64,000 nucleotides of DNA from Candidatus Nanopelagicales bacterium (GCA_028687755.1 JAQTZL010000003.1:61804-125803); one strand, 5' to 3'. Shown: positions 28,897-38,690, counted from the stretch's first letter. A program made the numbers and translations. Notes: a model not told the origin generated them from the letters alone.

Positions 28897-30269
28897 CGTC
28901 GTAACGCAGAAACTGCGCGACCCAAGGTTGGCACTTCCACGAGTTCAATTGCTTTATCGCGGACTCGAGCTTTGGTGCCAACGGGTACGAGCAATCGGGT
29001 AAACCCGAGGCGAGCAGCTTCACTGACACGTTCAGTCATGTGAGGAACAGGGCGAACATCGCCAGAAAGAGTGACTTCTCCAATGGCTGCAACATCAAGA
29101 GCAATCGGCGCTTCTTGACTTGCTGAAACCACTGCGAGGCATACAGCAAGATCGCTGCCAGGGTCCGACAAGCGCATCCCGCCGATGGTTGCAAGAAACA
29201 CATCTTTGTCAAAGAGTTTCAAGCTTGCAGCACGTTCAGTAACGGCAATCAACATCGCCATGCGTGAACTATCAAGTCCAGACACACCGCGACGAGGATT
29301 GGGGTTGGTTGTCGGTGCAACGAGAGCCTGCACTTCGGCAGTTAACGCTCGGTTGCCTTCGACGGTAACCGTGATGCAGGTTCCAGCAACCGGAGTATCT
29401 CGGTGCCCGCGGAACAACATGCTGGGGTCGAGTACTTCAGCCATACCTGTGTCAGTTTGTTCGAATGCCGCAACTTCAAGTGATCCATATCGGTTTTTTA
29501 CTGATCGAAGCAGGCGCAGGGAAGTGTGTGCATCGCCTTCCAAGGAAAGCGTTGCATCGACAATGTGTTCAAGCGCACGCGGACCAGCAACATTTGAATC
29601 TTTGGTGACTTGACCAATGAGAATTATTGGCAGGTTTCGAGTCTTAGCTACGCGGGTCAGCGCTTGTGCAACTTCCATGACCTGAGTAACGCCACCTGCG
29701 CGACCTTCAATATCCGACGAGGCGATGGTTTGAACAGAGTCAACGATCACGAGTGCAAGTTCAGGTGAATGCTCATCAATATGCCCGATAGCCGATCCCA
29801 ATTCGGTGTCATCAACGAGCAGGAGGTGCTCGCTGGTTGCACCGATGCGTTCAGCACGAATAGCAATTTGCTCCACGGACTCTTCACCTGAGATATACAG
29901 CACTGGACGGCCAAGGCGCTTGGCTAGAGAGTTGGCGACGGCAAGCACGAGCGTGCTTTTGCCTGAACCCGGTGCGCCGCTGAGCAAACACATTTGGCCA
30001 GCAACTAATCCGCCGCCAAGCACTCGGTCGAATTCACCAATGCCCGTGGTGATCCGCGGGACTGGGCCAGACTTGGTAATTGATGTAACAGGGCGAGCGG
30101 GGCGTAGGGGAGTTGTGCCAGTGAGGTTGCTCTTCATTCCAGGCGTTGCGGCCGTGGGAGTTTGTAGATCCATCGTGCCGAACGCTGCGCACTTGGGGCA
30201 TTTGCCCGCCCAGCGAATGGTGGTGGCATCGCACGCGGTGCACCGATAAGAACTGGAAACCTTGGCCAT
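28893..30269 (-). CDS. radA: DNA repair protein RadA
   Basis: N-terminal zinc finger CTACDATTIRWAGKCPKC, Walker A GAPGSGKST, the KNRYG motif and a Lon-like C-terminal domain. Confidence 0.95.
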   Translation of the reverse strand: MAKVSSSYRCTACDATTIRWAGKCPKCAAFGTMDLQTPTAATPGMKSNLTGTTPLRPARPVTSITKSGPVPRITTGIGEFDRVLGGGLVAGQMCLLSGAPGSGKSTLVLAVANSLAKRLGRPVLYISGEESVEQIAIRAERIGATSEHLLLVDDTELGSAIGHIDEHSPELALVIVDSVQTIASSDIEGRAGGVTQVMEVAQALTRVAKTRNLPIILIGQVTKDSNVAGPRALEHIVDATLSLEGDAHTSLRLLRSVKNRYGSLEVAAFEQTDTGMAEVLDPSMLFRGHRDTPVAGTCITVTVEGNRALTAEVQALVAPTTNPNPRRGVSGLDSSRMAMLIAVTERAASLKLFDKDVFLATIGGMRLSDPGSDLAVCLAVVSASQEAPIALDVAAIGEVTLSGDVRPVPHMTERVSEAARLGFTRLLVPVGTKARVRDKAIELVEVPTLGRAVSALRR

Positions 30270-30299
30270 GGGTTGACCGTACCGGTCCAGACTGACGTA

Positions 30300-31052
30300 T
30301 TACTGAGGGTCGGCTGGATGTGGGGCGAGGTTCAGTCCGCTGGTGTTGACCTGTTGTTCATACTTTTGGCACGCATCAACGGCAATCTCGTAGGCCGCTG
30401 GGCCGATGAGTGCAACGAGTTCATTTTTATTGCTGATGTACACCGGCTCCGAACCAATATGTGCCTCAGTATTTGAACTGCAGTACCAGTCGAAATCATG
30501 ACCACCGGGGCCCCAGGACGCACGATCAAATTCGCTGATGACGACGACGGTCTTTTCGGTTTCGTCAGGGCTTTCCAAGGTTTCAAATGAACGACGCATC
30601 GGCACTTGCCAGCACACATCGGGCTTCACATCGACAAAGGAGAGGCCTTCGCGATCTGCTAGGTGGTGCAATGCGCAGCCGTAACCACCGGAAAAGTCTG
30701 GATCATTGTGGAAGATACAGGCCTTGCGCACGACGCGGGTCTTCCATTCGCCGTCTTCCTTGACCATCCAGCCCTTTTTCGTGCCGGTCTTGTGGTTTTG
30801 CCACAGGGTTTCATCTAGCTTGGCCACCCAGCCTTCAGTGCGCTTGCGATCATCTTTGTCAGTGAAGTGCGCACCAAGGGTGCAGCATCCTGCCTCGGGA
30901 GCACTCTTGTAGACGCCTGGGCAGCCGCGTCCAAAGATGCAGGTCCAACGTGAGGTGAGCCAGGTGAGATCGAGGCGGATGCGCTGGTCTTCATCGGCAG
31001 GATCAGCAAATTCAAACCACTGACGCGGAAACTCCAAGAGGATCTCAGGCAT
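30300..31052 (-). CDS. Conserved Cys-rich protein, YkgJ/CxxCxxCC-like putative Zn/Fe-chelating fold
   Basis: Cys pattern C38-x5-C44-x11-C56C57 ... C112-x13-C126-x20-C147. Context (ACIFH, GCALHH, KPDVCWQVP) resembles the UPF0153/YkgJ layout. It is divergent from ppx. Confidence 0.55.
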   Translation of the reverse strand: MPEILLEFPRQWFEFADPADEDQRIRLDLTWLTSRWTCIFGRGCPGVYKSAPEAGCCTLGAHFTDKDDRKRTEGWVAKLDETLWQNHKTGTKKGWMVKEDGEWKTRVVRKACIFHNDPDFSGGYGCALHHLADREGLSFVDVKPDVCWQVPMRRSFETLESPDETEKTVVVISEFDRASWGPGGHDFDWYCSSNTEAHIGSEPVYISNKNELVALIGPAAYEIAVDACQKYEQQVNTSGLNLAPHPADPQ

Positions 31053-31056
31053 GCGC

Positions 31057-31078
31057 TCACCTTAAGGGTTCAAGGTGA
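31057..31078 (-). promoter_or_regulatory. Anti-SD/SD inverted repeat in the 5' leader of the Cys-rich protein gene
   Basis: On the minus-strand mRNA, TCACCTT-N8-AAGGTGA. The 3' arm AAGGTGA is the only SD-like element, 5 nt before the ATG at 31052. The 5' arm is its exact complement. Confidence 0.4.
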
Positions 31079-31134
31079 ACGTGAATTCAGGAGTCGGCTG
31101 TGTGTTTGCCCGTGGATTTGGGTACCGTCAGCAC

Positions 31135-32064
31135 GTGCGTATGGGAGTTCTCGATATCGGTTCGAACACAGTCCACCTATTGTTGGTTGACGCCCATTAC
31201 GGTGCTGCTCCAATTCCGGCATCAAAGTTAAAGATCCCCCTGCGCCTGGCTGAGCATCTCACCCCAGAGGGAAATGTTGACGACGCTGCAGTGGAAACAC
31301 TGATTGATTTCATCCACAAAGCACAAGAGCTCGCTGAGGATCTCGGTGTTACCGAACTCATGGCTTTTGCGACAAGTGCAATCCGTGATGCAGGCAATGG
31401 TGTAAATGTATTGAATCGTCTAGTCGAGGAAACTGGACTTCAAGTTGAAGTGCTTTCAGGTGAAGATGAAGCTCGTATGACCTTCCTTGCAGTGCGTCGC
31501 TGGTTTGGGTGGTCCGCTGGTCGACTCTTGGTGCTAGACATTGGTGGTGGCTCCCTTGAACTTGCTTCAGGAGTGGATGAGGAACCAGATGTTGCGGTGT
31601 CATTGCCACTTGGTGCAGGGCGCTTAACGAGGGCCTATTTGCATAGTGATCCCCCGTCTGCTGAAGATTTGCGCGAACTGCGTAAATATGTGCGCGCATC
31701 AATAGCAAGTGTTGCCGGCAAGGTTCGTCGCGGTGGAGAACCACGCATCGCCGTTGCATCGTCTAAAACGTTTAGGCAACTTGCGCGCATTGCAGGTGCA
31801 GCTTCCTCTAGTGAAGGTCCATTCGTTGAGCGCACGCTCACATTAGAAGCGGTGCAAAAGCTTGTGAAAGATCTCGCTGCAATGCCAGTTTACGATCTTG
31901 CGCAATTGCCTGGAGTGTCTGAAGGCCGCGCCGAGCAATTGCTCGCGGGCGCAATCGTCGCTGAAGGAGCGATGGAGCTTTTGGGTATTGATGAGTTAGC
32001 GATTTGCCCTTGGGCATTGCGCGAAGGCGTGATCTTGCATCGAATGGACTCGCTCCCGTCATGA
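31135..32064 (+). CDS. ppx: Exopolyphosphatase (Ppx/GppA family)
   Basis: GVLDIGSNTVHLLLVD, MAFATSAIRDA and LDIGGGSLEL blocks. I chose GTG 31135 (VRMGVLDIGS), which matches the usual family N-terminus; the ORF-track start 31075 is the alternative. Confidence 0.88.
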   Translation: MRMGVLDIGSNTVHLLLVDAHYGAAPIPASKLKIPLRLAEHLTPEGNVDDAAVETLIDFIHKAQELAEDLGVTELMAFATSAIRDAGNGVNVLNRLVEETGLQVEVLSGEDEARMTFLAVRRWFGWSAGRLLVLDIGGGSLELASGVDEEPDVAVSLPLGAGRLTRAYLHSDPPSAEDLRELRKYVRASIASVAGKVRRGGEPRIAVASSKTFRQLARIAGAASSSEGPFVERTLTLEAVQKLVKDLAAMPVYDLAQLPGVSEGRAEQLLAGAIVAEGAMELLGIDELAICPWALREGVILHRMDSLPS

Positions 32065-34385
32065 TCACCGTGCAGTTAGGGCTCACTTCACAAGAGGTTG
32101 AGGCTCGCATTGCAGCCGGACAGGTCAACCACGCACCGTCAGCGACTAGTCGCAGCCTTGGCGACATCATCAAGGCCAACACCCTCACCTGGTTCAACTT
32201 CGTCATCGGTGCGATGTGGGTGGTAATGCTGATCGTTGCGCCTTTTCAAGATTCGTTATTCGGGTTCGCGATCGTTGCAAACACTGCAATCGGCATCATT
32301 CAAGAATGGCGTGCTGCACGTGCGCTAGAAAAACTTTCTGTTCTCGGTGCTGCGCAACCAGTAGTGCGTCGCAATGGTGAAGATTTGGCTATTCCAGCAA
32401 ATGAAGTAGTGCTGGACGATCTCATTGTGCTCACTTCAGGTGACCAACTGGTTGTTGATGGCATTGTGGTGGAGTCCATCGGGTTAGAAATAGATGAGAG
32501 CCTGCTGACGGGTGAAGCTGATCCGGTCGACAAGGTTGCCCAAGACGATGCGATGTCTGGCTCCTTTGTCGTAGCGGGCAATGGGCTCATGAAAGCAACG
32601 CGAGTAGGTAGGGATTCATTTGCCGCCGGATTGACCGAGCAAGCCAAAAAGTTTCATCTCACAAATTCAGAACTGCGTGATGCGATCAATGGGTTTATTC
32701 GATCTGTCTCTTTCTTATTACTTCCCGTTGGTGCGCTGCTGTTGTTCTCGCAAGTTGTGCGAGCAAACGCATCCTGGCCCGATGCGATTCGCGGAACGAT
32801 CGCAGGCATGGTCACCATGGTGCCTGAAGGCTTGGTATTACTTACCAGCATTGCCATGGCGGTTTCAGTTATCCGCCTTGCCGCCAAAAAGGTGCTCGTC
32901 CAAGACATGCCTGCGGTTGAAGTGTTAGCAAGAGTCGACACCGTATGTGTTGATAAAACTGGAACTCTGACCGAGCCGGGCATGCATGTGCGTTCTGTTG
33001 TGACCCTGAGCGGCACTGAATCTGAACTCACAGAAGCCCTGGCAGCTTTGGCTTCGGTTGAGTCAGCACCAAATCCAACGGTTCAAGCAGTTGCCGATTC
33101 TTATCCGCATTCCACTTGGGTTACCACATCAAGTGTGCCGTTTTCGAGTGCTCGCAAGTGGTCTGGTGCCAGCTTCGGGGAACACGGCACATGGGTCTTG
33201 GGTGCACCTGAAATGGTGCTAGCCCAAGGTGATGGTGTGCTGGCTCAAGCAGATCAGTTAGCGGCAGATGGCTCGCGAGTGCTCGTGGTTGGCACCGTTG
33301 CTGGGCAGCTCCAGGTTGATCAACCACTGAGCGGTGTTACCCCTGTTGGTTTTGTGGTGATTGATCAGCGTCTTCGTGCTGATGCTGCTGCGACTGTGGC
33401 TTACTTCCTTGAACAGGGAGTGAAAGTCAAAGTCATTTCAGGTGACAACGCGGTAACTGTCGGTGCTATCGCGGCCTTAGCGGGAGTTCCGGGAGCCGAT
33501 TCACCTGTTGATGCACGAACATTGCCAACAGATCTTGCTGAACTCGCTGTGGTGATGACGAAAGCGTCGGTATTTGGTCGCGTGACGCCAACGCAAAAAC
33601 AAGCGATGGTCGATGCGCTCCACCTGAATGGTTCCGCGGTGGCTATGACCGGTGATGGAGTGAACGATGTTCTGGCGCTGAAGTCTGCAGACCTTGGAAT
33701 ATCGATGGGTTCTGGATCAGCGGCCACGCGAGCGGTTGCGCAGTTAGTTCTCTTAGACAATAAGTGGTCTGTAATGCCTGGTGTTGTTGCTGAAGGCCGC
33801 CGTGTGCTTGGCAACATTGAACGTGTCTCCGATGTCTTTCTCACAAAGTCCTTTTATGCGGTTCTGATTTCAATTGCAACTGGATTGTTCGCTGTTGAGT
33901 TCCCTTTCCTACCGCGACACTTAACGCTCATTGGTGCGCTCACTATCGGTATCCCAGGATTCTTCCTAGCGTTGATGCCCAACACCGAGCGCTTCCGACC
34001 AGGGTTCTTCAGGCGGGTATTGCTCTTTACTGCTCCTGCAGGAGCAATCTGCGCGATCGCTGCATTTACAAGTTATGGTGCTGCGCTTCGTGTTGGTGAA
34101 CCAATTCCGAGTGCGCAGGCCGCGGCAACAGTTACCTTGTTTATTGTGGCGATTGCAGTGCTTATTCAAAGTGCGCGCCCATTGAACGCGATTCGGTTAG
34201 CAATTGTTGTGGCGATGATCGCAGCCTTTGTGGCAGTCCTTTACATACCGTGGCTCTCGAATTTCTTTGCACTGTCGCTGGCTCCTGAGCGTTATTCAGT
34301 CGTCGCAGTTGTGGTTGGTGTCATTGGCGCACTCGCAGTCGCAGTGGCTACGAAGATCACAGACAAGTGGCGTCGAGCTTCATGA
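32061..34385 (+). CDS. Cation-translocating P-type ATPase (P2-type, PEGL motif)
   Basis: Phosphorylation site [12 protein letters not shown]4 MVPEGLV, hinge [12 protein letters not shown]; no CPC metal motif. ATGA overlap with the ppx stop supports the start at 32061. Confidence 0.9.
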   Translation: MITVQLGLTSQEVEARIAAGQVNHAPSATSRSLGDIIKANTLTWFNFVIGAMWVVMLIVAPFQDSLFGFAIVANTAIGIIQEWRAARALEKLSVLGAAQPVVRRNGEDLAIPANEVVLDDLIVLTSGDQLVVDGIVVESIGLEIDESLLTGEADPVDKVAQDDAMSGSFVVAGNGLMKATRVGRDSFAAGLTEQAKKFHLTNSELRDAINGFIRSVSFLLLPVGALLLFSQVVRANASWPDAIRGTIAGMVTMVPEGLVLLTSIAMAVSVIRLAAKKVLVQDMPAVEVLARVDTVCVDKTGTLTEPGMHVRSVVTLSGTESELTEALAALASVESAPNPTVQAVADSYPHSTWVTTSSVPFSSARKWSGASFGEHGTWVLGAPEMVLAQGDGVLAQADQLAADGSRVLVVGTVAGQLQVDQPLSGVTPVGFVVIDQRLRADAAATVAYFLEQGVKVKVISGDNAVTVGAIAALAGVPGADSPVDARTLPTDLAELAVVMTKASVFGRVTPTQKQAMVDALHLNGSAVAMTGDGVNDVLALKSADLGISMGSGSAATRAVAQLVLLDNKWSVMPGVVAEGRRVLGNIERVSDVFLTKSFYAVLISIATGLFAVEFPFLPRHLTLIGALTIGIPGFFLALMPNTERFRPGFFRRVLLFTAPAGAICAIAAFTSYGAALRVGEPIPSAQAAATVTLFIVAIAVLIQSARPLNAIRLAIVVAMIAAFVAVLYIPWLSNFFALSLAPERYSVVAVVVGVIGALAVAVATKITDKWRRAS

Positions 34386-35173
34386 CACTTCCGCTCGTTG
34401 GGCTATCGACCTCATCGGTCTTTCCAGAGTCAACGCAAACCGCGTTCGAAATGGCTGCTGAGTTGGGGTACGACGGTGTTGAGGTCATGGTCGGTACTGA
34501 TACTGCAAGTCAAGATTCATATATCTTGAATGAATTCGTGCAGGAGTATCAGGTTCCGATCCTTTCCATTCATTCACCTTGTCTCTTAGTTACCCAACGA
34601 GTGTGGGGCACTGATCCCTGGGGAAAATTGCGCAAAGCACAAGCAACTGCCGAGTTACTTGGAGCCCAAACAGTCGTCGTACATCCACCATTTCGCTGGC
34701 AACGAAGTTATGCACAAGACTTCGTCACGGGATTAGCGCGCATGGCTGATGAAACGGACATCGTGTTCGCAGTAGAAAACATGTTTCCTTGGCGTGCCTT
34801 GAGCCAGGAAATCGCGGGCTATGCACCGGGGTGGGATGTTCGAGATGAGGAATACCTGCACACCACTGTGGATCTATCGCACACATCGGTCTCACGTACT
34901 GATGCTCTGGAGCTGATTCGCGACCTAGATTCGCGGGTAGCGCACATGCACCTCGCTGATGGACGTGGATCAGCTAAAGATGAGCACCTCGTTCCTGGCC
35001 GAGGCACACAGCCAGTTGCCGAAGTACTTCAGGAGCTTTCGCGCAGGAGTTTTACCGGCAACCTGATTGTTGAAGTGAGTACGAGATCGGCACCTTCAGC
35101 TGATGTGCGCAAGGCAGACCTTGCCGAGGCATTGGCCTTTACACGGTTGCACAGCGCTCCCATGGCAGGCTAG
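34382..35173 (+). CDS. Sugar phosphate isomerase/epimerase (xylose isomerase-like TIM barrel)
   Basis: Family-like blocks GYDGVEV, VVVHPP, FAVENM and HMHLADG. ATGA overlap with the ATPase stop supports the start at 34382. Confidence 0.75.
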   Translation: MTLPLVGLSTSSVFPESTQTAFEMAAELGYDGVEVMVGTDTASQDSYILNEFVQEYQVPILSIHSPCLLVTQRVWGTDPWGKLRKAQATAELLGAQTVVVHPPFRWQRSYAQDFVTGLARMADETDIVFAVENMFPWRALSQEIAGYAPGWDVRDEEYLHTTVDLSHTSVSRTDALELIRDLDSRVAHMHLADGRGSAKDEHLVPGRGTQPVAEVLQELSRRSFTGNLIVEVSTRSAPSADVRKADLAEALAFTRLHSAPMAG

Positions 35174-35218
35174 GGGCGCAACAACGGTTGTGTTCGATGT
35201 TTCAAGGAGGGTGCTGTC

Positions 35219-36013
35219 ATGACGCGCATTGCTGTACTTGGTGGCGGAGTGATGGGCGAGGCCCTGATTGCTGGGCTACTTGAACTTCAACCGGTTCCAG
35301 AAATTGTTGTGGTGGAAAAGCGCCCGGAGAGAGCTGCAGAGCTCGTTCGTATCTACGGCATCGACGTTGCGCAAGCCCCAGAAGCAGTTGCAACCGCAGA
35401 TGTGGTGATCGCGGTCGTTAAGCCACAAGACATGCGTGCAGCCTTAACTGAGATCTCCTCTTCAGTGCCACAGGGCGTTGTCATCATTTCAATTGCAGCC
35501 GGGATCACAACCCAAACAATCGAAGCGCTGGTTCCTCAATCAGCTGTAGTTCGCGCGATGCCAAATACGCCCGCCCAAATTCAGCGCGGAGTAATTGGTG
35601 TGAGTGCCGGTGCGTCATGTGCTGATGAACAGCTCGCGAAAGCCGAAATGCTATTAAGTGCAGTGGGCACCGTGCTGCAAGTACCTGAGTCGTTGCAGGA
35701 TGCGATTACCGCAACCTCGGGAAGCGGGCCTGCGTATGTGTTCTATCTGGCCGAAGCGATGATCCGCGGAGCTGAACTTGCGGGTTTGAGCGCGCAGGAT
35801 GCGCGCACGGCTGTTGTGCAAACCATTCTTGGGTCCGCGGAACTCCTTGCAGCATCAGATGAATCACCCGAATCACTGCGGGCGAAAGTGACGTCACCAA
35901 ACGGCACAACTGCAGCGGCGATCGCAGCCTTTGACGAACTCAATGTTCGTGAGTCGATTGTGGCCGGCATGGTTGCAGCGCGCGATCGAAGCGTGGAGTT
36001 GTCGAAGTCATGA
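35219..36013 (+). CDS. proC: Pyrroline-5-carboxylate reductase
   Basis: N-terminal Rossmann IAVLGGGVMGEAL, plus RAMPNTPA and VTSPNGTTAAA signatures. Confidence 0.93.
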   Translation: MTRIAVLGGGVMGEALIAGLLELQPVPEIVVVEKRPERAAELVRIYGIDVAQAPEAVATADVVIAVVKPQDMRAALTEISSSVPQGVVIISIAAGITTQTIEALVPQSAVVRAMPNTPAQIQRGVIGVSAGASCADEQLAKAEMLLSAVGTVLQVPESLQDAITATSGSGPAYVFYLAEAMIRGAELAGLSAQDARTAVVQTILGSAELLAASDESPESLRAKVTSPNGTTAAAIAAFDELNVRESIVAGMVAARDRSVELSKS

Positions 36014-37206
36014 GTGAGCGCGTAGGTGTGGTGTGGGACGACGCACTTACGGGGTATGACTTTGGCCCAGGTCACCCACTTGCACCTATTCGCGTGCAGT
36101 TAGCGATGAAGCTCACTGCTGATCTTGAGCTCCTTACGCACGAAAATGTTGAACTACTCACGCCTGTTGTATCAGCAACGCGCGAGGAGTTGGAACGCGT
36201 ACATACAGTCGATTACATCGATGCAGTTGTTAAGGCCTCGCAAGATGCGGCAACAGTTGATGCGCTACATGGTTTGGGTACTGCAGACGTGCCTGTATTC
36301 CCGAACATGCACCAAGAGAGTGCGCGAGTGTGTGGCGCAACCCTGGCAGGCGCCAAAGCAATACATCACGATGGTTTCGAACACGTCGTGAGTTTGGCTG
36401 GTGGCTTGCATCATGCGATGCCAAGTGCAGCAGAGGGTTTTTGTGTGTACAACGACATTGGGGTGGCAATTCAATGGCTACTCGATCAAGGCTATGAGCG
36501 CATTGCCTATCTGGATCTCGACGTACATCACGGCGACGGTGTTCAAGCCATATTTTGGGATGACCCCCGGGTTGTCACCATTTCACTGCATGAGAGTCCG
36601 AAAACGTTGTTTCCAGGCAGCGGATATCCCACGGAAAGTGGCGGTCCAAACGCACCTGGCACTGCGATCAATGTGGCGCTGCCGGCAGGCACTGGAGACC
36701 AGGGCTGGCTGCGCGCATTCAATGCGATTGTGCCGAATGTTCTTGAAGAATTTTCGCCTCAAATCATGGTTTCCCAACATGGGGCCGATGCGCATCGAGC
36801 TGATCCGCTTGCTCACCTGATGATGAGTCTTGATGGCCAGCGGATGTCGTATGAGTTGGTCCATCGTTGGGCGCATAAATACGCAGGCGGCAAGTGGCTG
36901 GCAGTGGGCGGCGGTGGTTACGCCTGGGTAGAGGTGGTCCCGCGGGCTTGGGCTCATCTTGTGGGTGAACTCATCGGTCATCCAGTAGCCCCGGAAACCG
37001 TGATTCCGGCCGATTACCTCACCTTTGTCCAGGAGAACGTTCATCAGACAAGTCCATTAACGATGAGTGATGGGCAAACCCCGTGGGCTCGCCCCTTCGA
37101 TAGCGGATTTGATCCTGACGACCACCTTGACCAAGCAGTTATGGCCACCCGAAGGGCTGTATTTCCCTCTTGGGGATTGCTGATCGAGCCATCAGACTGG
37201 TTCTAA
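36010..37206 (+). CDS. Acetoin utilization protein AcuC / histone-deacetylase-family protein
   Basis: Arginase/deacetylase fold blocks: GGLHHAMPSAAEGFCVYND, DLDVHHGDG and the charge-relay HH. ATGA overlap with proC. Confidence 0.85.
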   Translation: MSERVGVVWDDALTGYDFGPGHPLAPIRVQLAMKLTADLELLTHENVELLTPVVSATREELERVHTVDYIDAVVKASQDAATVDALHGLGTADVPVFPNMHQESARVCGATLAGAKAIHHDGFEHVVSLAGGLHHAMPSAAEGFCVYNDIGVAIQWLLDQGYERIAYLDLDVHHGDGVQAIFWDDPRVVTISLHESPKTLFPGSGYPTESGGPNAPGTAINVALPAGTGDQGWLRAFNAIVPNVLEEFSPQIMVSQHGADAHRADPLAHLMMSLDGQRMSYELVHRWAHKYAGGKWLAVGGGGYAWVEVVPRAWAHLVGELIGHPVAPETVIPADYLTFVQENVHQTSPLTMSDGQTPWARPFDSGFDPDDHLDQAVMATRRAVFPSWGLLIEPSDWF

Positions 37207-37329
37207 TCGTCTGGGTTTTCACCTTCCACTTTGCTTTGGGGCGTAAGACGACTAGATTGCCGTTTCGCATTGCAAGTCGTTGGTCACCAGAGTGCTGGTG
37301 CGATGAGCAAACAGGAAGTTTGGTGTGAG

Positions 37330-37536
37330 ATGTCGACTAGCACTGACCGGTCGCTCAGCGAGGTCCGTTTTCTAACGGTGGCTGAGGTGGCTTCGCTCAT
37401 GCGTGTGTCGAAGATGACCGTGTACCGCTTGGTTCACCATGGTGAGCTCCCAGCCGTGCGCGTCGGTCGTTCATTTCGCGTCCCTGAGCAAGCAGTGCAT
37501 GACTACTTGCGCGATTCTTACGTAGAAATCGCCTAG
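37330..37536 (+). CDS. Small excisionase/MerR-type helix-turn-helix DNA-binding protein
   Basis: LTVAEVASLMRVSKMTVYRLVHHGELPAVRVGRSFRV is the Xis-family winged HTH. It sits between proC and the bS22 ORF, as in mycobacteria. ATG 37330 was chosen over the long ORF-track start at 37231. Confidence 0.8.
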   Translation: MSTSTDRSLSEVRFLTVAEVASLMRVSKMTVYRLVHHGELPAVRVGRSFRVPEQAVHDYLRDSYVEIA

Positions 37537-37648
37537 TTCCACCTGTCGACCAAGCCAGCCGCTTGGCAAAGGTTGAGCCGCGATAGGCTCAATGCTCCAA
37601 AGCACGGGTGAATTTCACCTGTCAGCAATAAACGTGAGGTTTGTATCA

Positions 37649-37747
37649 ATGGGCTCAGTGATCAAGAAGCGTCGCAAGCGGATGGCGAAGAAGAAGCATA
37701 AGAAGCTACTGCGCCGTACCCGCGTTCAGCGTCGTAACAAGAAGTAG
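37649..37747 (+). CDS. 30S ribosomal protein bS22 (32 aa), not in the supplied ORF track
   Basis: ATG...TAG encodes [32 protein letters not shown]. This is near-identical in pattern to the actinobacterial bS22 mini-protein. GAGG lies 8-11 nt upstream. Confidence 0.8.
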   Translation: MGSVIKKRRKRMAKKKHKKLLRRTRVQRRNKK

Positions 37748-37757
37748 CGAATACTTC

Positions 37758-38690
37758 TTGGCTGTGGTCACTCCATCGCAGGCAGCTCGTGCTGCTGGAA
37801 ACACTGGACCACAAGCCCCACGCTTAACTCAATCTTCGCAAGTACCCGGCCGTGAAGCCGTCGATGTGCTGCAGGAACTCTTCGGAGCGCTGCAGTCGAC
37901 ATTGACGGCTTCCGGTTCGAGTGGGGCATCCGGCTTCGATCCGGAATTCACCGCCAATGTGCTCCTGCCGATTGTTCGGCCCCTGTATCGCGCTTGGTTT
38001 CGCGTCAGCACTGTCGGTATTGAAAACATTCCCGCAGCAGGTTCCGGATTAATTGTTTCTAATCACGCAGGAGCCATTGCGGTTGATTCAGTGATGACCC
38101 AAGTCGCCATTCATGATGAACATCCCCAACACCGTTTCTTGCGTATGTTGGCGGCAGACCTAGTGTTCAATCTTCCACTCATTGGCGATGCGGCTCGTAA
38201 AGCCGGGCATGTGCCGGCAAATGTTAAGAATGCAGAAGCCCTTCTTGGTGAAGGTGAACTTGTTGGCGTGTGGCCAGAAGGTTTCAAAGGCGTTGGGAAG
38301 CCATTTCATAAGCGCTACCAGCTTCAACGATTTGGCCGTGGAGGGTTTGTTGCAGTCGCATTGCGCACTGGAGCGCCGATCATTCCTACGGCGGTTGTAG
38401 GTTCAGAAGAGATCTATCCAATCATTGGCGACGCGAAGGGGTTAGCGAAGTTATTTGACCTTCCATATTTCCCCATCACGCCGACATTCCCGTGGTTTGG
38501 TCCGTTGGGAATGATTCCGTTACCGAGTAAGTGGACCATTGAATTTGGTGAACCGATTCCAACAGCGCATTACGGTGCTGAAGCTGCAAATGATCCTGCA
38601 GTGGTTTTCGAGTTAACAGACATCGTTCGAGATAAAATTCAAGCGATGTTAATTGCGAGATTGATGCATCGCACTCATGTGTTTGAGTAA
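37758..38690 (+). CDS. Lysophospholipid (1-acyl-sn-glycerol-3-phosphate) acyltransferase family protein
   Basis: PlsC-type blocks VSNHAGAIAVDS, WPEGFKG and PIIPTAVVGSEE. Confidence 0.75.
   Translation: MAVVTPSQAARAAGNTGPQAPRLTQSSQVPGREAVDVLQELFGALQSTLTASGSSGASGFDPEFTANVLLPIVRPLYRAWFRVSTVGIENIPAAGSGLIVSNHAGAIAVDSVMTQVAIHDEHPQHRFLRMLAADLVFNLPLIGDAARKAGHVPANVKNAEALLGEGELVGVWPEGFKGVGKPFHKRYQLQRFGRGGFVAVALRTGAPIIPTAVVGSEEIYPIIGDAKGLAKLFDLPYFPITPTFPWFGPLGMIPLPSKWTIEFGEPIPTAHYGAEAANDPAVVFELTDIVRDKIQAMLIARLMHRTHVFE

Noticed and set aside
37231-37329. Long N-terminal extensions proposed by the ORF track for several genes: the HTH gene at 37231, rex at 39854, ppx at 31075, menB at 49681, the glutaredoxin-like gene at 39459 and the PLDc_N gene at 47321
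   Set aside because: The extensions lack family homology, overlap neighbouring genes or putative operators, and internal starts fit better. Those internal starts have SD sequences or ATGA/GTGA coupling and match typical family N-termini.
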